Part shown: one piece after another, positions 17,907-24,600 of the stretch
Position numbering within the stretch: the first letter of the stretch is position 1
Layout of the letters: each line of letters opens with the position of its first letter
Source of the DNA: a virus
Lineage: Duplodnaviria; Caudoviricetes
Reading direction: 5' to 3' (one strand)
IMG/VR virus record: IMGVR_UViG_3300050330_000013
Coordinates: 1-24,608 of that record
Length of the DNA stretch: 24,608 nt
Position numbers and translations under genes: made by a program
The notes under the pieces: generated by a model
What the model saw: the letters and a program-made list of their open reading frames with translations, nothing else
Told to the model about the DNA's origin: nothing
The model's database searches: none

Positions 17907-19508
17907 CTATCCGGCGAGGATGAAGGGCCTGGGGGCGGGCTTGGCGACCTGGGCGCGCCACACGGCGAGCGCCATCGCGATCACCGCGTCAATCGGGCGG
18001 GACTGCTTGAGCTTGTAGACCCGCCAGCCGCGTTCGTCCTCCTGCCCCTGGCAGGCGGCGATGTGGGCGAGCAGCACCGGGTCTCCACGGTGGCGGACGG
18101 TGCCGTCGATGACCAGCGTGTAGAACGCCAGCAGGGCGTCGCGCATGTGCTTGGACTGCGGCTCGACCTCGATGATGCGGGACTCCGGCAGGCGCCGGTC
18201 GAGGAGCTCGGCGGAGCGGACCAGATACCGCGGGTCGTAGGCCGCCTCGGCGACCTCGTAGACGTCGAACCGGTCGACGGCGAAGTCCTCCACCGCGTCG
18301 AAGTCGATCTTGCCGCCCTCGTGCAGCTCGTGGTGTGGGGCGTCCTTACGCACAGAGAAGACGCGGGCGTCGACATCGATGTGGTCGCCGTTACGGCCGG
18401 CCCACGCCACCACCGTGGTGTCGTAGTTCCGTGAGCCGTCCATGCCGATGCACACCCGGCCGCCCTCTGGCATGAACTCCAGCGGCGTCGGCACCGGCTC
18501 CCCGTCGCCTGCAACGCCGAGTTCCTTCCATCGGTCCGCGGAGATGTAGATCCGGCCGGTGTTCGCCGCCGGCCGGTTCAGGAAATACCGGATGAAGTCG
18601 GAGCGCTGCGTCGCGGGGTCGCGGGCCTCGGCGATCAGCCGCTCGAAGTCCATCCACTCGGACGCCTCACCGTAGGCGACACGCAGTGCGGCACGCAGCT
18701 GGTCGTCGTCGTCGAAGTCCCACGTGTCGGGGTCCGGTGCCTCCAGATGGTCGAACAGGAAGCCGTCGTCGCGGGCCTTCCCCTTCGCGATCGCCTGCGC
18801 GAACGTGTGGGAGCCCTCCGCGACCGAGTCATCCCCGGGGGAATACATGGTGCTGGTCTCCAGCGACCACGGCTCGGCGGCCTTCCGTTTGGCGAGGTTC
18901 CGCCGGAGCGTCGAGGCGAGACGGTGCAGCTCCGGCGACGACCACAGGTGCGTCTCGTCGAGGTTGACGAACGTCTCCTTGCCGCCGTCCTTCGACGTGG
19001 CACGGGCGGAGATCGAGTAGATCTTCCCGCCACCCGGGATGAACGTCCGAGTCAGGCCGACATCCAAGCCCGGCGTGTCCGCGATCGCGCCCTCACGGAG
19101 CATCACGTAGGCGGCACCATAGGTGTTGTCCGCCTGCCCTTCCTCGGTCGCGGCACAGATCACGATCGGCGTCTGCACCCGCCGGCCACGCGGATAGCCG
19201 GACGGACCCCACTCCAAGAACCGCACCGGGCCGAGGGCCTCCGCGCAGACAATCCCCGCCGCCAGCTCCGACTTCGCGCGGCCCTTCGGCCGGGAGTACA
19301 CGCTGCGGCGCACCACACGCCGGCCGGCGTCGTCGATCTCGTAGGCGCGCATCAGGAACCGCACCTGCTCGTCGTCGAGCTCCCACGGCTGGCCCTGCAC
19401 GTCACCCGGGCCGTGGCAGAGGTTCGCCTCGATCCACTCGACCACCAGCGGCCCGAGGGTCCGGCGCAGGTTGATCGGCGCGAGGCGCACCTGCACGGTG
19501 AGGCTCAC
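17907..19508 (-). CDS. terL: Terminase large subunit, 533 aa
   Basis: Walker A SRPKGRAKSEL, CAATEEGQA, Walker B FVNLDETH, LETST, nuclease CIGMDGS...IDAVIA. Confidence 0.97.
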   Translation of the reverse strand: MSLTVQVRLAPINLRRTLGPLVVEWIEANLCHGPGDVQGQPWELDDEQVRFLMRAYEIDDAGRRVVRRSVYSRPKGRAKSELAAGIVCAEALGPVRFLEWGPSGYPRGRRVQTPIVICAATEEGQADNTYGAAYVMLREGAIADTPGLDVGLTRTFIPGGGKIYSISARATSKDGGKETFVNLDETHLWSSPELHRLASTLRRNLAKRKAAEPWSLETSTMYSPGDDSVAEGSHTFAQAIAKGKARDDGFLFDHLEAPDPDTWDFDDDDQLRAALRVAYGEASEWMDFERLIAEARDPATQRSDFIRYFLNRPAANTGRIYISADRWKELGVAGDGEPVPTPLEFMPEGGRVCIGMDGSRNYDTTVVAWAGRNGDHIDVDARVFSVRKDAPHHELHEGGKIDFDAVEDFAVDRFDVYEVAEAAYDPRYLVRSAELLDRRLPESRIIEVEPQSKHMRDALLAFYTLVIDGTVRHRGDPVLLAHIAACQGQEDERGWRVYKLKQSRPIDAVIAMALAVWRAQVAKPAPRPFILAG

Positions 19509-20017
19509 TCGCCGGCCGCCTTCGCGAACCGCGCCATCCGCCGGCTCTCCAACTCATCCTCACGATCGGCGGCGGCGGCGTCATCGTCGGGCTCGGCGAT
19601 CTCCCAGCCATGACGACGACGCGACAGGGGAGACAGGCCGAGGCGGTCCTCGATCTGGCGCATCTCGGCGAGGTGCGCGGCCGTGACCGGGCTGTCGAAG
19701 ATGACCGTGATCTCACCATCAGAGAGCTTCGTGAGGTCCAGCCGCGGGATCGGCCCCTCGGCGACCACCTTGAACTGGCGAGTGGTCAGGTCGTGCAGCT
19801 GGGTGAGGCGCACCAGGGCCGGCACGTCCGCATCGAGCCACAGCTGCGCCATCGGGCTCGCCCACAGGCGCCGCCAATACGCGCGGGTGCTCGCCAACAT
19901 CTCCTTCGCACCGGGAAGGGTCGGCGCCTTCACCTTCACCGACGGGTCGAGGACCGCCGACCCGGGAGTGGCATTCCGCCGGCGACGCTGCGCGCGCGGC
20001 TTCGGAGCCGGCGGCAT
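19505..20017 (-). CDS. terS: Terminase small subunit, 170 aa
   Basis: MPPAPKPRAQRRRRN start, YWRRLWASPMA, and EMRQIEDRLGLSPLSRRR motif of actinophage TerS; GTGA overlap with TerL. Confidence 0.88.
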   Translation of the reverse strand: MPPAPKPRAQRRRRNATPGSAVLDPSVKVKAPTLPGAKEMLASTRAYWRRLWASPMAQLWLDADVPALVRLTQLHDLTTRQFKVVAEGPIPRLDLTKLSDGEITVIFDSPVTAAHLAEMRQIEDRLGLSPLSRRRHGWEIAEPDDDAAAADREDELESRRMARFAKAAGE

Positions 20018-20099
20018 CAGTGCACGTTCCCCACCGTGGCAGGGCGGGCACCCCACCCGGCCAACATCGCCTGGAAGTAGGGCAGGATCCCCCAAACCC

Positions 20100-20185
20100 C
20101 GGTTCCGTACACACTGCGAGAGGGGGAACACCGGGGTGTAGCTACGGCGGGGAGGGTAGGGGCCACCCCCCCTACAGGGGCCCGA
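20100..20185. other. Candidate cos (cohesive end) packaging region
   Basis: Between HNH and TerS, where cos usually lies in HNH-dependent phages. G/C runs, dyad ACACC-GG-GGTGT (20128-20139), palindrome GTAGCTAC (20138-20145) and TGTACGG (minus, 20111-20105). Confidence 0.6.
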
Positions 20186-20273
20186 GAGGGGGTCAGGTAG
20201 GGCACGCTCCCCACATGTGTGGGCAGGGTGCGCCCACCCAGGGCGGCCCTATTGGTGTCCTGGCAGGGCACGG

Positions 20274-20567
20274 TCACCCGGCACCCTTGGCGCTGTTGCA
20301 GCGCCGGCAGAGGGTGCGGCAGTTCGCGGGGTCGTAGGGGTCGCCGCCGCGGCTCACGGGGTGGATGTGGTCCACGGTGAGGTCGGTGGTGGCGCCGCAT
20401 GTGCTGCACCAGGGTTGGGCGGCGATGACTTGGGCGCGGAGGCGCTGCCATCGTGAGGTGGAGCGCCATGCTCGGCCGGGCTCACGGTGGCGGCCGCGGC
20501 GGGTGTCTCGGCGTGGCGTGTCGGCGGGGATGAGTTCGCCGGTGGGTGTGAGTCTCATGAGGGCCAT
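20274..20567 (-). CDS. HNH endonuclease (terminase cofactor, HK97 gp74-like), 97 aa
   Basis: WQRLRAQV...CSTC...TVDHIHPVSRGG...NCRTLCRRCNSAKG. Confidence 0.95.
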   Translation of the reverse strand: MALMRLTPTGELIPADTPRRDTRRGRHREPGRAWRSTSRWQRLRAQVIAAQPWCSTCGATTDLTVDHIHPVSRGGDPYDPANCRTLCRRCNSAKGAG

Positions 20568-20577
20568 GGAACGACTG

Positions 20578-20672
20578 CGGCCCGCCGGGTGAGGCGGGCC
20601 GTCGAGATAGCTATCGCATGGGCAGGGTGGGCGGGGTACTCACGTCCACGCTCTTGGAGTGTAGCGGCGTGG
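20578..20672 (-). promoter_or_regulatory. Candidate late promoter/leader region
   Basis: Non-coding gap before the late operon. TACACT -10-like hexamer (20663-20658), perfect palindrome GATAGCTATC (20606-20615), 9-bp hairpin CGGCCCGCC/GGCGGGCCG (20578-20601). No properly spaced -35. Confidence 0.5.
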
Positions 20673-20679
20673 GTGGATG

Positions 20680-20904
20680 TCATCCACTGCGTCTGCGTCG
20701 GGTTGCTGCTTGTTCGGGTTGTGTGCCGGGGATGTGGCCGGCGACTCCTCGGCCGATGGCGGGGATGCCGCGGAGGCGGCGTTCGTCGGCGGGTGCTGAG
20801 CGTGCGCCGCCTGGGCCGCCGTGTTGCTGCAGTGCCTGGTCGACGAGTTGGGCGTGTTCGGCGGCGAGGCGGTGGCGTTCGATGCGGGCGAGCATGCGGC
20901 TCAC
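20680..20904 (-). CDS. Hypothetical protein, 74 aa
   Basis: SD GGAGG before GTG 20904; GTGA overlap with the upstream stop. Confidence 0.55.
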   Translation of the reverse strand: MSRMLARIERHRLAAEHAQLVDQALQQHGGPGGARSAPADERRLRGIPAIGRGVAGHIPGTQPEQAATRRRRSG

Positions 20905-21107
20905 GTGCCCTCCGTGTCGTTGAGGGCCCGTGCGATCTTGCGTGCGGCGTTGTTGAGTCGGTCGCGTACGGCGGCGCGGCTGATGCCGAGGTGGTGGGCG
21001 ATGGCGCGTTGTGACAGTCCGCGGTCCTCCATCGCCCACGCTTCGAGTTCGGCCGCCGTGCACACTTGGGCGGCGATGGTGCGCACGGCGGCGTCGGCTT
21101 TCCTCAC
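20901..21107 (-). CDS. Sigma70 region-4-like HTH protein, 68 aa (candidate late activator)
   Basis: GTG 21107 in GTGA overlap; CTAAELEAWAMEDRGLSQRAIAHHLGISRAAVRDRLNNAARKI. Confidence 0.82.
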   Translation of the reverse strand: MRKADAAVRTIAAQVCTAAELEAWAMEDRGLSQRAIAHHLGISRAAVRDRLNNAARKIARALNDTEGT

Positions 21108-21703
21108 GCGGCGACCAGGCTGCTGGGGTTGGGTGCTGCCGGCATGCCGTGTTGGCGCCAGATCTGTTCGGCGCCGTGGAGGGCGGTGGCGGTGAGGGTC
21201 TTGTCGTAGGCGGGGTCTTCTGCGTGGAGGCGGCCTTCGGGGTCTCGCCAGGGGCCGCAGCCGTGGTGGTTGCGGTAGCCGAGGTCGAGGACGAGGGCGA
21301 GGTACGGCTGCAGTGTCGCCGAGGGGTTTGTGGGGGCGCCGCGGTCGGCGAGCATGGCGTGGGTGGCGGCCATCGCGAGCCATCCGCGCCACGGCTCGGC
21401 CGGCTGGGGCTTCTCCCGTCGGCGCGTCTCCTGCCGGGCGATGACGGCTTCGGCCTCGATGGCGTCCTGGCGGCGTTTGTGGGCGATGGCGATGTACCGG
21501 CAGAGGTCGCCGGGCGGCGGCGGGAAGTTGCCGGGATGGCTGGAGATGGCGTCGCGGACGCCGTCCGCGACGGCGTCGGGGTCGTCGCAGACGAGGCGCA
21601 TGTGCTGGGTGTAGAGCTGCCGGTCGGCGTCGGTCCACTGGCGTGCCCGCCATGCCCGTTCGATGTCGCGGCCGCAGGCCTGGAGGGTTTCCTCCATGGT
21701 CAT
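21104..21703 (-). CDS. Putative helicase loader/inhibitor-like replication protein, 199 aa
   Basis: Follows the initiator/ori. N-terminal pattern (LY...L..DDPDAV..GV...I......FPPPPGDL) resembles SPP1 G39P / lambda P-like N-termini; C-terminal half not recognised. Confidence 0.6.
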   Translation of the reverse strand: MTMEETLQACGRDIERAWRARQWTDADRQLYTQHMRLVCDDPDAVADGVRDAISSHPGNFPPPPGDLCRYIAIAHKRRQDAIEAEAVIARQETRRREKPQPAEPWRGWLAMAATHAMLADRGAPTNPSATLQPYLALVLDLGYRNHHGCGPWRDPEGRLHAEDPAYDKTLTATALHGAEQIWRQHGMPAAPNPSSLVAA

Positions 21704-21969
21704 TCGATCCCCCTCCCGGTGGTGGCGGGCGTGAGCGTGCGGGCGCGGCGTGTACGGAAGACGTAACCCAGGGGGGGAGGTTTTCTAGAACTAGAGGAAG
21801 AGCTGCCCTGCGCGCGCGGGGGCGCTACGCGCGCGAGGGTCACGCTGGCGTCACGATGCGCGTCACGTCTTGGTGTGACGGTATGCGTGACATATGCGTG
21901 ACGGTTTGCGTGACATCGGCGTGACGAGAAGCGTGACGTTCTGCGTGACGCGATCAGATCTCTGGCCAT
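21700..21969 (-). CDS. 89-aa Arg/Ser/Thr-rich ORF spanning the iteron array (equivalent of an initiator linker/C-terminus)
   Basis: SD GGAGG before ATG 21969; stop overlaps the next ATG (ATGA); peptide composition (SRR, VT, RD) is dictated by the GTCAC/GTGAC repeats. Confidence 0.5.
   Translation of the reverse strand: MARDLIASRRTSRFSSRRCHANRHAYVTHTVTPRRDAHRDASVTLARVAPPRAQGSSSSSSRKPPPLGYVFRTRRARTLTPATTGRGIE
21839..21950. repeat. Iteron array, candidate phage replication origin
   Basis: GTGAC core (mostly GCGTGAC) at 21875, 21887, 21898, 21910, 21921, 21933, 21945; inverted GTCAC at 21839, 21850, 21862; spacing 11-12 bp. AT-richer tract TTTTCTAGAACTAGAGGAAGA at 21781-21801. Confidence 0.85.
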
Positions 21970-22319
21970 GAGCCCTCCTGTCCCTCTGCGTCTGCCAATG
22001 CGCCGCGGCGTTTGCGTTGGCGGCGTGACGCGAACCACTTCTTTCGGGCCTCCGGTTCGGCGGGTGGGTTGTGGTCGAGGTAGCCGTGGATGACCCACCC
22101 ACCGTCGCCGTTGGTGTTCAGCACGCCGGCGTCGACCATGCGGGTGGCCTGGGCCTTGGTCATCTGGAGGGCGCCGAGGACCTGCGGCGGGATGTGGCCG
22201 TCGGTCTGTCGGCGTGAGGACCAGCAGAGCGCGCGGATGAAGGCGCGGAAGTCCCTGTCGGAGAGCGCCTCGATCTTGGGGTGCTCACCCATGCCGTCGT
22301 CGATGAGGACGTAGCCCAT
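21954..22319 (-). CDS. Phage replication initiator N-terminal (winged-helix) domain protein, 121 aa
   Basis: IDDGMGEHPKIEALSDRDFRAFIRALCWS...TDGHIP...MVDAGVL...GGWVIHGYLDHNP matches the actinophage RepA-like initiator N-terminus; adjacent to the iterons. Confidence 0.85.
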   Translation of the reverse strand: MGYVLIDDGMGEHPKIEALSDRDFRAFIRALCWSSRRQTDGHIPPQVLGALQMTKAQATRMVDAGVLNTNGDGGWVIHGYLDHNPPAEPEARKKWFASRRQRKRRGALADAEGQEGSWPEI

Positions 22320-22556
22320 CTAGCCGTTCCCCTCTTCGCCGAGGGAGAGCTGGCGGGCGTGCTGCGGCACGAGGCGGTAGGTGCGCCTCCTCATGTCCTG
22401 CTCGATGACCTCCTGCTCGAGGAGTCGGTTGAGGGCGTCGCCGACGGTGGCGGCGGGTGCCCAGTCGCCGAGGCCGACCGCGTGGTGCCACTGGCCGTCT
22501 GCGAGGTCGACGCGGATCGCGTCGGCAACACGGGCGATGTCATCCGAGTGGCTCAT
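22320..22556 (-). CDS. Small winged-helix-like protein, 78 aa
   Basis: ATGA overlap at the start; ATVGDALNRLLEQEVIEQD...TYRL helix-wing pattern; stop abuts the initiator ATG. Confidence 0.7.
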   Translation of the reverse strand: MSHSDDIARVADAIRVDLADGQWHHAVGLGDWAPAATVGDALNRLLEQEVIEQDMRRRTYRLVPQHARQLSLGEEGNG

Positions 22557-22999
22557 GCGGCCACCGCGAGGGTGAGCTGCTCGACGCGGCCCGTCTCCCA
22601 CACCCACCGGCCGGCGCGCAGCGGGGGATGCCAGACGCGGGCGAAGCGGCGTGCGCGGGCCCGCCACGGTGCCCGCGGGTCGCGGCGGTCCTCGATGTCG
22701 TAAAGGGCCACCGCGCGGCCGTAGGCGTCGCGATGCGCGAGGACGCCGACCGTGCCCGCAGCCTCGCGTGCGAGGCCTGGCAGGACGCGACCGACGGCGA
22801 GATAGAGCGCCGTCGTGGTGGCGTCGAGCCATTCCCACCACGTCACCCAGTCGCGGAATCCGCGGAGGGCATCGAGGGCGAGCCATGCCGGCGCGCCGAA
22901 CATGATCCGCTCATGGTCTGAGCGGTGGAGGTGGTCGACGGCATGGGCGATCAGGCAGGCCTGCTCGTCGACGGAGACGTGGCCGTAGGGGCGCGTCAT
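22553..22999 (-). CDS. Hypothetical Trp/Arg-rich protein, 148 aa
   Basis: ATGA overlaps at both ends; no family recognised. Confidence 0.7.
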   Translation of the reverse strand: MTRPYGHVSVDEQACLIAHAVDHLHRSDHERIMFGAPAWLALDALRGFRDWVTWWEWLDATTTALYLAVGRVLPGLAREAAGTVGVLAHRDAYGRAVALYDIEDRRDPRAPWRARARRFARVWHPPLRAGRWVWETGRVEQLTLAVAA

Positions 23000-23547
23000 C
23001 CGTCGGCCTCACGTGCGGCCTGCACGGCCGCGAAGTCGGCGGGGTTGCCGCCGGTGTCCGGGTGGGTTGCTTTCAGGGCGGCGGCGACACTGCCGTGGTG
23101 GACTATCAGCGCTCGTCCACGCTCGATTAGTCCACCCTGACCGGCCTCCAGGGCGAGCCAACCGCGGTACTGCTCCCCGGAGCTCGACATGCCGTACCGG
23201 TCGACGCGGCGCAGAGACTCGAGGCCGAGGGCGATGGCGCGCAGATTGTCCTCCCACGTGGTGAACGCGTCGACCGCGTACCGCAGCGGGCCGTGGCGAC
23301 TGTCGAATGAGATGACGACGCCGGGGTGCGTGGGGCGGGCCGACGCGCGCGGAAGGCCGTCGAGGCGGATCTCGTCCTCGCGCAACGCGAGTTCCAGCGC
23401 GACGTGGCGCGCGCCGAGGTGGGACAGCTCGCGCTCCAGCAGTTCGATGGTCGCGGACCACGAGGCCCGGAACGGTGATCGGCGCCGGTCGCGGGTCATC
23501 GCCCCGCCGGGCCACGTGGTGAGCGGGCGTGTCGTGTAGAGGCTCAT
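22996..23547 (-). CDS. Phage DnaJ-like protein with minimal C-terminal J domain, 183 aa
   Basis: ATG 23547 in ATGA overlap; DGLPR...HPGVV...WEDNLRAIALGLESLRRVDRYG core and ALKATHPDTGG (HPD motif). Confidence 0.88.
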   Translation of the reverse strand: MSLYTTRPLTTWPGGAMTRDRRRSPFRASWSATIELLERELSHLGARHVALELALREDEIRLDGLPRASARPTHPGVVISFDSRHGPLRYAVDAFTTWEDNLRAIALGLESLRRVDRYGMSSSGEQYRGWLALEAGQGGLIERGRALIVHHGSVAAALKATHPDTGGNPADFAAVQAAREADG

Positions 23548-23732
23548 CCGCCTGCCTCCCCGCCGCCGTCGAGCACGTCGCGCACCTCGGCGGCGAAGTT
23601 GGCGGCGGCGACCTGCGGCGAGTAGACCGGCGCCTCGTCGGCGTCTCGGAGCGCCTGCTTGCACAGGGCGCGCACGGCGTCCATGCGGCGGATGAGCGCC
23701 ATCTCGCTGCGCGGCAGGTTGTCGGCGCTCAT
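23544..23732 (-). CDS. Hypothetical protein, 62 aa
   Basis: ATGA overlaps at both ends. Confidence 0.65.
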   Translation of the reverse strand: MSADNLPRSEMALIRRMDAVRALCKQALRDADEAPVYSPQVAAANFAAEVRDVLDGGGEAGG

Positions 23733-24028
23733 CGCGGCTCGCCGATCAGCCCGTGGGCGCGGGCGACGTCCTGCAGCAACATCACGCGGCGGGCGATCTC
23801 CTGGCCGATTGCGATCGCCGTGTCCCGACGCACCTCATCCAGGCGGCGGCCCGAGAAGAAGCAGCCCGCGCGGCGCGCCTTGATGACGCGGTCCAGGCGG
23901 GCGAGCTCCATCGTCCGGATCGTCCCGAGGCGGACGATCGCAGCCGACACACAGCCGTCGTGGTCATCGAGCAGCGCGAGGGCATCCGCCGGCGTCCACG
24001 AGGTGTGGATCTCGAACTCGGGGGCCAT
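23729..24028 (-). CDS. Hypothetical helical protein, 99 aa
   Basis: ATG 24028 in TGATG overlap with the nuclease stop; ATGA overlap downstream. Confidence 0.65.
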   Translation of the reverse strand: MAPEFEIHTSWTPADALALLDDHDGCVSAAIVRLGTIRTMELARLDRVIKARRAGCFFSGRRLDEVRRDTAIAIGQEIARRVMLLQDVARAHGLIGEPR

Positions 24029-24420
24029 CACGACGGCCGCCGCTGCAGCTGCTCGAGCACGGCCGGCCAATCCGCCGGCCGCCAGACCGCCCAGTCGGCG
24101 CCCGCCTCGACCAGGGCCTCACCCCAGGCGCGTTGATGCGGTGCGACCTTCCCGCGGTTCGTCTTGAGTTCGCGGTACAGCACACCGCCGTCGGGGTGGA
24201 CGAGGACGAGGTCAGGGAAGCCGGCGCCGTCGGCGGCGACCGGGGTGACGGTGCGGCCGTTGGCCATCGTCGCGCGGCGGAAGTGAGCGACGCGCCAGTT
24301 GAGGGCGCGGGCCGTGTCGACGACGAGGGCCTGGAACTGTGCTTCGGTCATCGAGGCGTCGAGGATGCGTCGGCTGCGCTCGACGTTCTGGCGCCGCTGG
24401 GTGGCGGGGGAGGCGCCCAT
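24028..24420 (-). CDS. VRR-NUC domain PD-(D/E)xK nuclease (Holliday junction resolvase-like), 130 aa
   Basis: MTEAQFQ...GFPDLVLV...LYRELKTNRGKVAPHQRAW...VWRPADW. Confidence 0.93.
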   Translation of the reverse strand: MGASPATQRRQNVERSRRILDASMTEAQFQALVVDTARALNWRVAHFRRATMANGRTVTPVAADGAGFPDLVLVHPDGGVLYRELKTNRGKVAPHQRAWGEALVEAGADWAVWRPADWPAVLEQLQRRPS

Positions 24421-24488
24421 TACTGCGGCCCCACCCAGGTCCCACGCGGCCCCGGTGAGGGGGGTCTACTGAGGCTTGAGTGGTGCAT
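24420..24488 (-). CDS. Putative 22-aa leader ORF MHHSSLSRPPSPGPRGTWVGPQ
   Basis: SD AGGGAG (24500-24495) 6 nt before ATG 24488; its TAA overlaps the nuclease ATG (TAATG). Confidence 0.45.
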   Translation of the reverse strand: MHHSSLSRPPSPGPRGTWVGPQ

Positions 24489-24600
24489 CGGCTTCTCCCT
24501 GTGGTGCAGGGGAAACCGATGACTGTGGGGTTATCGGGTCAGCCGCGAGGCTGCGATCCCGGTATCCTCCATCAGAGCCCCGCATTAGCGGGGCTCTTTT
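24480..24600 (+). ncRNA. Putative structured antisense small RNA (~120 nt, three hairpins)
   Basis: Hairpins at 24486-24521, ~24522-24572 (GCGA tetraloop) and 24574-24597 followed by T run; opposite strand to all genes. Transcription start is not established. Confidence 0.45.
24574..24600 (+). terminator. Intrinsic terminator, plus strand
   Basis: AGAGCCCCGC-ATTA-GCGGGGCTCT perfect 10-bp stem running into TTTT. Confidence 0.8.

Noticed and set aside
20274-20567. HNH as a homing endonuclease or defence nuclease
   Set aside because: Its size and position just upstream of TerS match the standard packaging cofactor.
20678-20683. ATGACA as the -35 partner of TACACT
   Set aside because: The spacer is only 14 nt, too short for a canonical sigma70-type promoter.
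20901-21653. ORF-track long versions of genes (20901-21653, 22320-22886, 22996-23664, 14003-14659, 19505-20131, 107-571, 12527-13105, 13653-13988)
   Set aside because: Their extensions overlap neighbouring genes or intergenic structure and are low-complexity; shorter starts with SD sites or stop/start overlaps fit better.
21839-21950. Repeat array as a possible CRISPR or coding tandem repeat
   Set aside because: The period is only 11-12 bp, orientation flips, there are no spacers or cas genes, and it sits beside an initiator gene, so iterons fit better.
24480-24573. Intact tRNA or tmRNA gene
   Set aside because: Only a 3'-end-like 18-mer is present; no TTC in the T loop and no D or anticodon arm can be folded.
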